Counted from the stretch's first letter, positions 47,571 through 61,980 are shown. The stretch: 64,000 nucleotides of DNA from Squalus acanthias (GCA_030390025.1 CM059425.1:170874001-170938000); one strand, 5' to 3'. Translations and numbers: made by a program. The notes: generated from the letters alone by a model not told the origin.

Positions 47571-49922
47571 AAATAACAACAGAAAACGCTGGAAAAACTC
47601 AACAGGCCAGGCAGCATCCATGGAGAGAGAAACAGAGTTAACGTTTCAGGTCGAAGACCTTTCGTCAGAACTGGAAAAAAGCAGGAAATGAAATAGATTT
47701 AAAGCAAGGATAAAGCTGGGAAAAGGGGGAGGGGATGAAAGAACAAAAGGGAAGGTCAGTGATAGGATAGAAAGCAGGAGAGATTAAGAGACATTAAGAG
47801 ATATTCAAGGCAAGAGGAGGTGGTAATGTGACAGGTTAAGGCTAGATGAAATGTGAAATGCACTGGCAGAATGAAGGACAGCTGCCAGCTTCTGGGAGGG
47901 AAGAAAAAGGCCAAGCAAAAGGGTGGATGAAAAAATAAAATAAATATATATATATATGTGATAGGGGCCGGAGTTATGATCTGAAATTGTTGAACTCTAT
48001 GTTCAGTCCAGAGGGCTGTAGAGTACTTAAACGAAAGATGAGGTGCTGTTCCTCGAGCTTACGCTGAGCTTCCGTGGAACAATGCAAGAGGCCGAGGACG
48101 GTGAGGTCAGAGTGGGAGTGGAGTGGAGAATTAAAGTGACAGGCCACCGGGAGCTCGGGGTCCCCCTTACGGACTGAATGGAGGTGTTCCGCAAAGCGGT
48201 CACCCAATCTGCGTTTGGTCTCCCAATGTAGAGGAGACCACATCGTGAGCAGCGAATACAGTATACTAAATTGCAGGAAGTACAAGTAAATCGTTGTTTC
48301 ACCTGGAAGGGGTGTTTGGGGCCCTGGACAGTGGGAAGAGGGGAGGTATAAGGGCATGTGTTGCATCTCCTGCGCTTGCACGGGAAGGTGCCAGGCGAAG
48401 GGGAAGGGGTGCTGGGGGTGGTAGAGGAGTGGACTAGGGTGTCGCGGAGGGAGCAGTCCCTACTGAATGCTGAAAGGGGAGGTGAGGGGAAGATGCGTTT
48501 GGTAGTGGGATCACGCTGGAGGTGGCGGAAATGGCTGAGGATGATCTGTTGAATGTGGAGGCTGGTGGGGTGAAAGGTGAGGACAAGGGGAACTCTATCG
48601 TGGTTCCGGGAGGGAGGGGCAGGGGTGAGGGCAGAAGTGCGGGAGATAGAACGGACACCGTCGAGGGCCGTGTCAACCACAGTAGAGGGGAATCCTCAGT
48701 TGAGGAAAAAGGAAGACATGTCGGAAGCATTGGTATGGAAGGTGGCATCGTCGGAGCAGATGCGGCGGAGACGGAGAAACTGGGAGAATGGAATAGAGTC
48801 CTTACAGGAGGCAGGGTGGGAGGAAGTGTAGTCCAGGTAGCTGTGGGAGTCAGTGGGCTTGTAGTGAATGTTAGTCAATAACCTATCCCCAGAGATGGAG
48901 ACGGAGAAGTCGAGGAAGGGAAGGGAAGAGTCGGAGATGGACCATGTGAAGGTGAGGGAAGGGTGGAAATTGGAAGCATAGTGAATAAAATTTTCTAGTT
49001 CAGGGCGAGAGCAGGAGACGGCACCGATACAGTCATCAATGTACCGGAAAAAGAGGTGAAGGAGGGGACCTGAGTAGGACTGGAACAAAGAATGTTCCAC
49101 ATATCCCACGAAAAGGCAGGCATAGCTAGGACCCATGTGGGTACCCATAGCAACACCTTTGATTTGGAGGAAATGAGTGGAGTCAAAGGAGAAGTTGTTC
49201 AATGTGAGAACAAGTTCAGCCAGGCGGAGGAGGGTGGTGGTGGATGGGGACTGGTTGGGCCTCTGTTCAAGGAAGAAGCGGAGCGCCCTCAGGCCATCCT
49301 GGTGGGGGATGGAGGTGTAGAGGGATTGTACGTCCATAGTGAAAAGGAGGCGGTTGGGGCCAGGAAACTGGAAACTGTTAAAGTGGCGGAGGGCATAGGA
49401 AGAGTCGCGGATGTAGGTGGGAAGAGACTGGACAAGGGGAGAAAAAATAGAGTCAAGATAGGAAGAGATAAGTTCCGTGGGGCAAGAACAGGCTGAAATG
49501 ATGGGTGTACCAGGGCAGTCCTGTTTGTGGATCTTGGGAAGGAGGTAGAAGCGGGCTGTGCGGGGTTGGGGAACTATGAGGTTGGCGGCCGTGGGGGGAA
49601 GATCTCCAGAGGAGATGAGGTCAGTGACAGTCTTGGAAACGGTGGCTTGATGTTCGGTAGTGGGGTCATGGTCCAGGTGGAGGTAAGAGGAGGTGTCGGA
49701 GAGTTGGCGTTCAGCTTCCGCTAGGTAGAGGTCGGTACGCCAAACAACAACAGCACCACCCTTGTCAGCAGGTTTAATGACAATGTCGGGGTTGGATCTG
49801 AGAGAATGGGATGCTGCAAGTTCAGAGGGAGGTAGGTTGGAGTGAGTGAGGGGAGCAGAGAAATGGAGACGGCCGATGCCACGGCGGCAGTTTGCAATGA
49901 AAAGATCTAGAGAGGGTAAGAG
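47571..49922 (-). mobile_element. Penelope-like element, 5'-truncated: RT plus GIY-YIG endonuclease plus pLTR with hammerhead (47636-47672)
   Basis: IKPADKGGAVVV, FYLLPKIHK, TMDVQSLYTSIPH, GVAMGTHMGPSYA, RYIDDC, LVYCIRCSRCGLLYIG, GLNIEF. 13-bp TSD gcctcctcttcca (47558-47570 and 49923-49935). Confidence 0.95.
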
Positions 49923-50711
49923 GCCTCCTCTTCCACTTGCTCTGTAGAAATGGCTATTTGAATGGTAAAGTTGTGCACTATGCAACACTATTGAGACTTT
50001 GGCATGACTATCCGGCAAACCCACCCCTCCCCCCCGGTTCCACCAACCTCTCACCCGCATCCATGCAAGCATCTGAAACTTTGTTTTAACATTCCGATAG
50101 TCTGTTCAACCATGATCCTAGTGGCTGCCTCACTTCATTATATCACAGTTAAGTTTTGTACGTGATTGTTTCAAGGGGATCATGAGCCAAACTTGTTCAT
50201 CATATCCCAGTTTTACTGTCCCTTTAAATAATGGTGGTACCTTGGATTGCAGTAAAATGAAGGGGTAATTTCTGCCACCAGGGTAACAGACATTCACATA
50301 TGTAATTATGCGCCTACCTATGGTCGCAGGCCAGCTGCATATTAATGAAATGAATCCTCTTTCTGTCCAGGAAGCCTATGTGATTGAGGGTAGAGACTTG
50401 TCAGGCCACTTGTGTGTCAGTAATGCCCTACACTCTGGAGAAACCTGCCACACAGTAAAAATGTAGGGTTCTATCTGCTGATGACTGTTTTCCATTGGGA
50501 AGGTAATTCGTGCGTTAGACCTGGCAAACAAGGCATCTGTCGCATGATTGATGCACTAGTGCACTGTTTCTTGAGGAAATCTGGCAAATATCCCCTGCTA
50601 TAACTCAGAAGTTGCATAGATGTTCAAGGCTGTGGTCACCTTCACAGCCACTGTCACTAGAACATGTCTGCCGCAAAGAGATAGCATTTCTCTGTGACTG
50701 CCTCTGTCATG

Positions 50712-51135
50712 AACATAAGAACATAAGAATTAGGAGCAGGAGTAGGCCATATGGCCCCTCTAGCCATCATTCAATAAGATCATGGCTGATCTTCGACCTC
50801 AACTCCACTTTCCCGCCCGATCTCCATATCCCTTAATTCCCCTAGAGTTCAAAAATCTATCTATCTCAGCCTTGAATATATTCAATGATTCAGCATCTAC
50901 CGCCCTTTGGGGTAAAAAATTCCAAAGATTCACAGCCCTCTGAGTGAAGAAATTCCTCCTCATCTCCGTCTTAAATAGCCGACCCCTTATCCTGAGACTA
51001 TGCCCCCTAGTTCTGGACTCTCCAGCCAGGGAAAACAACCTCTCAGCATCTACCCTGTCAGTCCCCCTCAGAATCTTATATGTTTCAATCAGATCACCTC
51101 TCATTCTTCTAAACTCCAGAGAGTATAGGCCCAAT
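50712..51135 (-). mobile_element. CR1 3' fragment (a further tail fragment lies at ~51205-51285)
   Basis: LGLYSLEFRRMRGDLIETYKI...RNFFTQR. Confidence 0.9.
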
Positions 51136-53519
51136 CTATTCAAAGTATAGGCCTAATCTTCTCAGTGTTGGTGACAAAGGCAGATCTCTCCAGACATGTC
51201 TATGTAAGTAGCATAGAAGATAGGAGCAGGAGTAGGCCATTCGGCCCCTCGAGCCTGCTCCGCAATTTAATGAGATCATGGCTACATGACTTGGCCTGTA
51301 GACACAAAGGATTGGGTAAGGGCAGCTGGGCAATCTGCCTCAGGTATAAATGGACCTCCCATCCATTCCTCCAGACCATTTTCTTCCTTTTCCAAAAGAA
51401 GTAAGTGGAGAGCTATATCTAACTGGATGCCCATTTTCAGAATTGTAGTCTTGTTAGTTTATATTGCAGCTGGCAACAAACAATAGAAAGGAAATAGGAG
51501 AGAAAGAAATCTGTATAGCTAATAATGAAACTCCCATTTAAGACTCATTATCCAAATTAGATGAAGGTATCTACACTGTAGAACCCGTCCTAATCAGGTG
51601 CTCAATGATTTCAGCTCATTCTCGATGAAAGCTTTGGTTTAGTGCTACCCGGTCATTCATTTTTTTAGGCCTTAATAAGGACACAAGAAGGGCACATTCC
51701 ATTACCTCAGCACAACTGATGGATCAATCATATAAATGGGCTGATTTCTTCCTTTATGCCTCTCTCTCTCTCACACACACACACTTATCTATATCTCTTT
51801 TTCTGATTATTTTTTTTTTCACTGTCTCGTTTCCAGTTTTTATTAACTCTCATTCCTGTTTATATAATTTATCTTCCATGTCTTATGAAACACTTAGCCT
51901 GTGCAGATTTACAGTTGTAATAAAACCTCTTTATTAATCTCACTTATATATATTTGCCGATCTCCCAAACTGCCTTGAAATGTTTTCTCTTTCTTTCACT
52001 ATAGGGCTCTTTTGGGATTGGTTGCTTGCTACGGATTTTCTTTCCAACAAGCCTATCCTGTCCACGGTTCCGTTATGTGCACCCACAGGGGTAGGAATGG
52101 CTGCTGGTTTGCCAATCTTGAAACAGAAGCAATGTTAACAGCAATTCAATGGTACCCTTAACAATGTTCTGATTACATAATGTTTATTTTGAAAACAAAA
52201 TTACCCTGTAAACATTGGGAGGAAGATGAAATTCCTATTAGAACACAGCCAGAGTGTTAGATGGGAGTTAATTTTTTTTCTCCCTTTTGTTTGTAGCACA
52301 ATGAAATCCTTTTGCTTCACTGAGCTTCTAATATTAGAGTGAGATGTGCACAGTTATCCTTTTCTTTCAGTAGCCAGTCACATTTTCATCCTCCTTATTA
52401 AAAGACCTGAGTGTGTGATCAAAGCTCTTCTCTCAGTGCTGCCTGCACACTTCTGCTTCAGCCTGACGTGGCTTCTCACTGAGTCCTGACTTCCTGCCGT
52501 CACCTCTGCTGATTTAATTTAGCTTGAGTTTGGACAGGTAAGTTTGATATTTTTGTTTAAACTATGACAAGGTTGTGACGCAGATACAAAGATGGAACTG
52601 ATGAGTATATGCCTGCTAAAAAAAAAAATCAAATGACAAACTTGAAATGGTGCAAGGCACAGCAAAGAAAAACATGACAAATAAAAGAAATACTGTCGAG
52701 CCAATTTTCCAAATGCATGCTCACGGCCAGGAGCCTCACCTGCCAGGACATCATATTGGAAATTGCATGCACATTTCCCACTATTTGGGGAGTGCACCCA
52801 CAGTTTCCCAATCTACACTCCACAAACCTCCACATCAACACTGCATTTGTAAAATCGGTCCTTTTATCTTGATCACAACATAGGTGTGGACGAAGAAGCC
52901 GCTTCAGCCCATTTCATCTCATTCTTCCACAACGTGATCCCTACTGTCTGGCCATTACAGTGTCTAGCTGTTTTGTAAATAAGTCCAGTGTCTAGGTCTG
53001 AATCAATCCTGCAGGCAACCTGCTCCAGTATTTGATTAGCATCTATGAGACAAAATACTTCCAGCTGTCTGTGCTAAGTTCACCCTTCACAACTTTGAGA
53101 TATGCCCCCTTTGCCCTGCTGTGCTTGTGTATCTGAAAGTATTGTTTTAGGTTTAGTTTCTGCATCCCGTTAAGTATCCTATATACATCTATAAAATCCC
53201 CTCTGACATGCCTTTTTTCAGTGCTGAAAAACCCTTTCCTCTAACAATGCTTGGGGTTGGGGGGGGCGGGGGGGGCGGGGTGGTCGGGAGTTTTCACCTC
53301 CACCGTCCCACCTGATATTTGGCATTGTCAGTTTTCTACGTGATTAATGATGGGCAATAGTCAGGCTTTCTCGGCTGCATCATTTTTGTTTCCTTTCTGT
53401 CCTGTTCTAATTTTTCTTAACAATGTTCATTAGTTCGCTTTAGCGTTGCAATTCTAGTAGGTTACTCAATAAATTCAGGTAACTATACGGTGTAAAGCTT
53501 CTCAAGCAAATACATCTCA

Positions 53520-53745
53520 CATAGAATCATAGAATCATACAGCACAGAAGGAAGACTTTCGGCCCATTGTGCCTGTGTCGACCCTTTGAAAGAGCAGTCC
53601 AATTAGTCCCACTCCCCTGCTCTTTCCCCAGAGCCCTGCAATTTTTTGCCCTTCAAGTATTTATCCAATTCCCTTTTGAAAGTTACTATTGAATCTGCTT
53701 CCGCCACCCTTTCAGGCAGTGCATTCCAGATCACAACAACTCACC
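53520..53745 (-). mobile_element. CR1 3' tail fragment
   Basis: atagaatcatagaatcatacagcacagaagg..., the same tail as at 564 and 61981. Confidence 0.8.
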
Positions 53746-54430
53746 ATGTACTCCTATATCTATAGCCTCAGATTTTTCACATCACTCACCTTTGCATTTT
53801 TCTGCAGGTCAGCCATATTCTTCCAGATATACTTCTAGCTGCAGCGAATCAGTGACGCCACATTCAAGATGTGTATGATTCGATTCTGCGTCTGCTGTAC
53901 CCAGCAAGTTTTACGGCATTTTCTGTGACATAGGCGTCGCATGTTCTGTGCTCTTCCTCCTCTTGTGTAAAAAAATAGCACACTCCACAGCTGGCATGGC
54001 CCACTGCACACTATTTTGACCAGCTCGTTATCGATTGCCTCAGCACCATTACTGTTCATATGTTCGATTTAGCCCTTCAATTGTACTTATTTGTAACGTG
54101 CCCAATATTGTCAAAAGTGCACAGAGTAAAATTGTGTATTCCTGAGACTGTTTGTAAAATAGGAGGAAATATCAACTCTCATTTACCACATTCTCAGCGT
54201 GCCACAAATACTTCCAGCACCTACTGATTTAGCAATCTCTCGTCACAGATACACTAAGCTTATTCATTCTAACTTCATAACAACACCAATGCATTCATCA
54301 GCAGCTTCATAGAATAAAGATGAAAAGTGCTAATTAAATTTGCTTTAGAAATGTTTTTAAACATTCAGACTTTTCTCATAATAAAACCTATTATCATCAC
54401 TCAGTGACTTTTTTTCAGTCTATAGACTCT

Positions 54431-55275
54431 GGGGGCGATTTTGCCAATGGGGGCGTGTTGGAGGCGGGACTGCTGCTTGTCGGGTCGTTGTCCCGCCTCC
54501 ATCGACATGTGGCCAACCCACACTATTTTCCCTTGATTGACCTTGTTAAGCCCGCTCAGCGGGCTTAGCAGGCCAATTAAGGGGAAGCTGGTTACAGAGA
54601 ACGTCAGCGTATGACGTTTCATCTGTCAAAAATTTTTGACAGATGAATTGTCATCGTTTGACAGCTCTGTGAAGCTGTCAAACACTGACATTCTATGTTG
54701 TTTGATGAGTCCTTGTATTCAAGACTCATCAAACCTCTTTTGGGAGCAGAATTTTAATGGTTGTTGCATTGGACAATGCAGCAGCCATCTGTCATCTCTG
54801 CCGGTGAGATGCGAGACTCTCCGCATCCCCAACTCTTGAAGCCTGCAGGAAGAAACAAAGGTAAGTAAACATTTTCTATCACATTCCACTCACCTCACAT
54901 ACTCACCTCTCCACACTTCCACCCATCACTTAGCTTCACAGCGCACTTTTGCACCCCTCCGACCCCCGCAGACCCACTGCTCGCCTCGGTGATCCTGGTA
55001 GGGTTTCCCGACATCGGGAAGCCCGTGCCTCTCCTGGAAAAATGGGGATAATCCTCTTAACTGGCTGTTAACTACCTGTTAACAGGCAGTTCAGTGGCTG
55101 TAATCCCCTTCCCACCTCCAGGAGACAAGACCCGACGTGGGTCGGCTACCCGCCTCCTGGGAAGATGGCACGGAGGCGGGTTGGGGGCGGGCTGGGCATT
55201 TGCCCCCAGATTCTGCCATTTTCCCGGCAGTCCCACCTCCATACCCGCCTCTCCAGGGCTGGCAAGATCGCGCCC
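54431..55275. mobile_element. Harbinger MITE, second copy of the 35091-35913 family
   Basis: Colinear similarity over the whole length; termini GGGGGCGATTTTGCC and GGCAAGATCGCGCCC. Confidence 0.9.
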
Positions 55276-55799
55276 TGAATTATTTGCTCCACAATGTTGC
55301 TTACTCCACCCTGAACAATAGCACCAAGGTTTCATGACTGTTGAAGAAGCTTTGGCTCTTATACAACTATAATCAGCAACACTGGTCAAGCCAAAACAAC
55401 AGCTCAGATATTGATTTTATTACTTACTGCATTATGAATACATTAAAGCTAATCCTCAGTATAAATTATTAACAACTAATTTGTAAGATTCTGACAATTA
55501 ATGATTCCCTTGTGGATTAGATCATCCTATTTCTGATCGTGTTTGGATGAACTTAATGACAGCAGGAAAAACTTTGAGATTGCTGGACCACAAGTTTTTA
55601 TATTATATCAGTGACTTACAAGAATCATTGCCATTAGAATCATTAAGATTCAATTAAACCATCCAATTATGATGTTCAAACATAAATGCCAGCATTAAAT
55701 ATGGGTAGTGTTGAAGCCAATTGCAAGTTAACTTTATAGTCTGCTATTCACCATTAAAGTGTTGCAGGAGCATGTCTTGTACAATAGTTCTTGGAGCAC

Positions 55800-57912
55800 A
55801 TTTGGACTAAATTTCTGCAGTGATCACCGCATAGTCCTTGTGGAGACGAAGTCCCAACTTCACACTGAGCTAAATGGTTTAGATTCAGATCAGATCTAGC
55901 AGCTCAAAACTTGGCATCCTTGAGGCGCTGTGGGCCACCACCAGCAGCAGAATTGTATTCCACTGTAACCTCAAGGCCCGGCATATCCCTCACTCTACCA
56001 TTACCATCAAGCCAGGGGAACAACCCTGGTTCAATGAGGAGTGTAGAAGAGCATGCCAGGAGCAGCACCAGGTGTAGCTAAAAATGCGGTGCAAACCTGG
56101 GGAAGTTGCAACACAGGGCTACAAGCATGCTCAACAGTGGAAGCAGCATGCTATAGGCAGAGCTAAGTGATCCCACAATCAATGCATCAGATCAAAGTTC
56201 TGCAGTCCTGCTACATCCAGTCGTGAATGGTGGTGGAAAATTAAACAACTAACGGGAGGAGGAGGCTCCATGAACATCCCCATCCTCAATGATGGAGGAG
56301 CCCAGCACATGAGTGCAAAAGACAAGGCTGAAGCATTTGCAACTAGAAGTGCCGAGTGGATGTTCCATCTTGGCATCCTCCTGAGGTCGCAAACATCATA
56401 GAAGCCAGTCTTCAGCCAATTCGATTCATTCCATGTGCTATCAAAAAACAGCTGAGTGCACTGGATACAGCAAAGGCTATGGGCCCCAACAATATCCCAG
56501 CCATAGTGCTGAAGACTTGTGCTCCAGAACTAGCCACCCCTCTAGCCAAGCTGTTCCAATACAGCTACAACACTGGCATCTACCGACAAAGTGGAAAATT
56601 GCCCAGGTATGTCCTGTCCACAAAAAGCAAGACAAATCTAATCTGGCCAATTACCACCCCATCAGGCTATTCTCAATCTTCAGCAAAGTGATGGGAGGTG
56701 TCGTCGACAGTGCGATCAAGTGGCACTTACTCACCAATAACCGGCTCATGGATGCTGTGTTTGGGTTCCGCCAGGACCACACAGCTCCCAACCTCATTAC
56801 AGCCTTGGTCCAAACATGGGCAAAAGAGTTGAATTCCAGAGGTGAAGTGCAAGTGACTGACCTTAACATCAAGGCAGTATTTGACCAAGTGTGGCATCAA
56901 GGAGCCATAGTAAGATTGAAGTCAATGGAAATCGGGGGAAAACTCTCCACTGGTTGGAGTCATACCTAGTATGAAGGAAGATGGTTCTGGTTGTTGGAGG
57001 CCAATCATCTCAGCCCCAGGACATTGCTGCAGGAGTTCTTCAGCGCGGTGTCCTAGGCCGAACCATCTTCAGCTGCTTCATCAATGACCTTCTCTCCATC
57101 AGGTCAGAAGTCTGTGCCTGCATGCAGCAAGACCTGGACAATATCCAGGCTTGGGCTGATAAGTGGCAAGTAAGATTCATGCCACACAAGTGCCAGGCAA
57201 TGACCATCTTCAACAAGAGAGAGTCTAGTAACCTCCCCTTGCCATTCAATGGCATTACCATCGCCGAATCCCCCACCATCAACATCCTTGGGTCACCATT
57301 TACCAGAAATTTAACTGGACCAGATACTATGGCTACAAGAGCAGGCCAGAGGCTGGGTATTCTATGGTGAATGACTTACCTCCTGACTCCCCAAAGACTT
57401 TCCACCATCTACAAGGCACAAGTAAGGAGTGTGATGGAATACTCTCCATTTGCCTGGATGAGTCCAGTTCCAACAACACTCAAGAAGCTCGACACCACCC
57501 AGGACAAAGCAGCCCATTTGATTGGCACCCCATCCACCCCCTTAAACATTCACTCCCTCCACCACCTGCACTGCAGCAACTCGCCAAGGCTTCTTCGACA
57601 GCACCTCCCAAAGCCGTGACCTCTACCGCCTAGAAGGACAAGGGCAGCAGGCACAAGGGAACAGCACCACCTGCAAGTTCCCCTCCAAGTCACACACAAT
57701 CCTGACTTGGAAATATATTGTCGTTCCTTCATCGTCGCTGGGTCAAAATCCTGGAACTCCCTGCCTAACAGCACTGTGGGAGCACCTTCACCACACGGAC
57801 TGCAGTGGTTCAAGAAGGCAGCTCACCACCACCTTCTCAAGGGCAATTAGGGATGGGTAATAAATGCTGGCCTTGCCAGCGACGCCCACATCCCGTGAAC
57901 GAATAAAAAAAA
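55800..57912 (+). mobile_element. CR1/L2-group LINE (family B), degenerate
   Basis: LKTCAPELATPLAKLFQYSYNTG, QQDLDNIQAWADKWQ; tail gtgaacgaataaaaaaa; paralog of 6745-9813. Confidence 0.9.
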
Positions 57913-59304
57913 GCAAAAAAATAATCACATCACTGTTAATTGAATGATGCGGATTGACTCAAATATAACTAAACAGGGAGGAATGCGATCAATAAGCAAG
58001 CAGTATGCAACAAACAAAACAAGTAGAAAAGCCAGCAGTGAAGAACCAAGAAGCAACAAAAAGACAGCTACCAAAGAAATCACTCAAAACATTTTTGTAA
58101 GTGCATTCAGCTTACTCGTTGGTTTCTCAGTAGCGTGAGGATCTGGTGGGGTAGATCATCCACAAATGAAAATCGGATGGTTTCTACAATGGGCGGCCAT
58201 TCTGTACTGCCAGTTTTACGCCCAGGCATCAAGTTGAAAATCTACCCCAATGTTAAAAATAAAGCAGCCGAAAGTCCACAGTCCTTCAGGTCCACTCCGT
58301 TCATAAGTCTGGCGGGGGTGCAGTGGAAAGGCCAGGAATTGGGTGGGTCCCTGTTTCTCCGGCACTATTTGCCGGGCTTTGTTTGGGTTGCAGCCCCCTC
58401 CTGCTGCAAACACGACTTCTGTCTCAGAAGGGGAGTATCCAGGGGAGGGGATTCCCAAGCCAGGATCATTCTCGTCACTGGCCTGGCAGAAGAGCAGCAA
58501 GCCAGTACACTGAGTGAAAGCAGGTGTACTAGCCCAGTGTCCAGTGGAAGTAGGGCTCACCTTGGGATCCAGGTTCGGATTGTGGGCTGGACCCCTGTAG
58601 ATCTTCAAAATTTCAGCAGCATTTTTTTGTCCCCTTCCTTTGGCCCAGGGGGCTTTCAGGCTCAATATCACTGTCTGGAGACACAGTGACATCTGCACCT
58701 ATTTCTTGCAGCTCGCTGGTGATGGGCACAGGCTCAGTGGAGCTATTGCTTGGTGTAAATACAGATGGGATAATCCCAATCAGGTCTTAACAGCCCCACT
58801 CTAGAAACCACCAATGTCCTGAGAACCTGTCCTTGCATCTTGATGGCACAGAAATCTCCCCGTCAGTCTCCAAGGTGTTCTGTAGGTCATGGGAAACTCC
58901 CCACAATGTGTTGCAGATGCGGATGGTGCGCTCCCCCACTTAGCCATTAGCTCAACCATCTGCGTAGAAACGATGTAACTGCCTCCACATGAGATTAATG
59001 CTCCCTCATCAGAGCTCTTTTGAAGACTGGGCCCCTGAGATGTGGGCCCCTGGGCTCCTCAGCTGAACATAATCATTTTTCCACCCTCTGTGGCTCCCCT
59101 TGATACTGTAAGAGAAAGGCTCCTGGAAAATGAACCTTCTGGCACAACAACTTCACTGAGGCATAAGTCACCTCAAGCCTCCAAGACTCCAGGGAAACCT
59201 TTGACTCACTCAGGGAGTACCTCATACAAGTAGATTAGGAGCACGTGCAAGTGATTTAGCTGGTACAAAGGATAGGCATGGAGTACATAACCTAGGCAAG
59301 GTGC

Positions 59305-60303
59305 TTCAGTGCAGCACTGAGGGAGCATTGCTTTGTCGGAGGATGACATCTTTTGGATGACACATTAAAACAAGGCTCAAGACTGACCGCTCAGGTACAT
59401 AAGAAATAAGAGCAGGAGTAGGGTATTTGGCCCTTTGAGCCTGCTCCGCCATTCAATAAGATCATGGCTGATCTTGTACCTCATCTCCACTTTCTTGCAC
59501 GATCCCCATATCCCTGGATTCCCTTAATATTCAAAAATCTGTCTTGAATATACTCAACGACTGAGCCTCCACAGCCCTCTAGGGTAGAGAATTCCAAAGA
59601 TTCACCACCCTCTGAGAGAAGAAATTTCTCCTCATCTCAGTTCTAAATGGCCGACCCCTTATTCTGAGATTGTGACCCCTGGTTCTAGATGCCCCAGCCA
59701 GGGGAAACATCCTCCCTGCATCTACCCTGTCAAGCCCTGTAAGAATTTTTTTTTGTCACCTCATGTCGCCTCTGGTTCTTTATCGAGTCACGTTAAATCT
59801 GGGTCAAACAAACTGTGACACCGAGCCACATAAGGAGAAATTAGGGCAGGTGACCAAAAGCTGGTTGAAGAGGTCGGTTTTAAGGAGCGTCTTAAAGGAG
59901 GAGAGAGGTAGAGAGGCTGGAGAGGTTTAGGAAAGAATTGCAGAGCTTAGGGCCTCGGCAGCTGAAGGCATGGCTGCGGTTTGTTAATTTAAAACTTATA
60001 CTATATATCGTGACACTCCAAATAACTGAGACTTGGCAGGTGTGTAATTAGGAGCATTACCTTCCAATGGATTACACATTAGATCTGCACCATCTGCAGT
60101 ACATCCTGTCCCACCAGCCAGTACTATGGTCACTCACTGGTCAGCAGATCATGTCATTGCAAACACGATTTAAATGAGTTTCCCCCTCTGTGTAATAATC
60201 CACTACAAAGTTCAACACATTATAATAGACTGTAGCAAACACAGGTAGACATAAAAGATCCCACGAAACCCATTCAAGGAAGAGCAGGGGAGCTTTCCTA
60301 GTG
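59305..60303 (+). mobile_element. Deu-domain SINE (SacSINE1/AmnSINE1-like) in two pieces (~59305-59396 and ~60242-60303)
   Basis: cagtgcagcactgagggagc...tgtcggagg...ttttggatga...ctcaggt and ggtagacataaaagatccca...gaagagcagggga match the Deu core as recalled. Confidence 0.55.
59397..59746 (-). mobile_element. CR1 3' fragment
   Basis: cataagaaataagagcaggagtagg...; same family as 10993. Confidence 0.85.
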
Positions 60304-60905
60304 TGGGGTGAAAGGAGGGGCTATGCACAAGAGGGCAGAGTCAGAAGAACGGAGATTTTCGGGGAAGCGGGAGGTTGTTGGGCTGGAGGAGGTTACAGAG
60401 ATAGGGCGGGGCAAGGCCATGAAGGGATTTTAACATGAGGATGAGAATTTTAAATCTAAGGTATTGGGAACCAGGAGCAAAGTTAGGTCAGTGAGGGCTG
60501 GGTGATGAGTAATTGGGATATGACAAGGACAGCAAAGTTTCAAATGAGCTAAAACTTACAGAGGGCGGAGGATGAGAGGCCGGCCGGCCGGCAGAGCATT
60601 GCAATAGTCAAGTCTGAAGGTGACATTGGCATGGATGAGGATTGCAGCAACTCACGGACTGATTTAGGCTGGAGTTCGATGATGTTACAGATATGGAAGT
60701 AGTTTGTTTTTGTGATAGAGAGGATATGAGGTCAGAAGGTCAGTTGGAAATCAAGTACTACACCAAGGTTACGAACAGTATGGTTCAGCCTGAGACAGTG
60801 ACTGGGCACAAGGGTAGAATCAGTAACAAGGGTACAGAGTTTGTGGTGAGGGTCAAAGACAATGCTTTTGTCTTCCCTGTAGAAAACTGTCACTCATCCA
60901 AGACT
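59805..60905 (-). mobile_element. L2 LINE 3' portion (pieces ~59805-59978 and 60305-60905)
   Basis: Homologous to 1001-1434 and 14212 onward. Confidence 0.65.
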
Positions 60906-61980
60906 ACCAATCTCTTCCCTTCAAGAGGAAATGCCCAATAAATAGGGAAGTCCTGCTATTTCTTATAGGTGATGTGGATCTGGAACACTTCACAAGTGCT
61001 CCAAACGTATAATGGGGCCATCCAAATGGCACATGCTGTGTGATATCTAATAGCAGACATTAGACATGATGATATGAGAATGGTAGAGTCAGTTAACCTA
61101 GTTGATATCGGAGCATGTGAGTGAATTGAGGGGTAAGTCAAGGCACATTTATGAGGCAATGTAAAGGAAGCGTTACTCTGTGTCCAGCCTATTCTGTACC
61201 TGATGCAGCAGCATTTCTTGTTGACTCTGCTGCAAAAAATACTGATATCCCCCATGAGTATAGAATCTACCCTAAACATTCGAACTTGTATCATGCATTT
61301 ATGTCTGCTTGACATTTAGAGGTAAAAATTAATGGACAGAAAATTACGGGCAATTTCATACTATGCGCTGCCTGTTTCTTTTACCCCTTAATCTCACTTA
61401 CAATATCGCCATCCCATGCACTACTTTTGGTATGTTTGATGTCCTTAGTAAAGGGATTAAATGAGGAATCAGCAAAGTGAAAATAAATCTCTGAATATGT
61501 GATAATCAGCCATTCTGAATGTACATACAAGAACATGAGGTGGACTATAAATGTCAATTAATGTTCACACATTCTTTAGCAAGATTAACAGGACAGAAAT
61601 GTTTACTTTTAGTAATTAGAATAACTAATTAAATAACTTTGCTTTCAGTTCTTCCTTAAGAAAACTAATAAAACCTAATACCTGATTTGGAACCCATTGA
61701 CCACTTAAGATAAAATATTCTGTAATGCTTCTTCTTTTTCAACTGTTTAATTTTATTTGACATAAAATAAAAATCTATGGTCACAGTCCCATTTCACCTG
61801 ACTACACTTCAAACGTATTTTAAATTCAAGATCAATCCACTGATTCACCTGTTACACCTCAGGGTTTAGTTTAGCACTTTGAGTTAATCCATTGCTGACT
61901 TTTAATGGTTACACTTCACTTAAATACTTTTCATAAGTCTCTTGATGCCTTATTTTCCTCAGTGTATTAGATGTTAAAGT

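Noticed and set aside
49923..50072. N-terminal extension of the 458-aa Penelope ORF
   Set aside because: Lies at and beyond the TSD; it is flanking DNA that happens to be open.
58135..58698. Overlapping 184-aa and 160-aa ORFs
   Set aside because: No recognisable domain; probably decayed repeat sequence.
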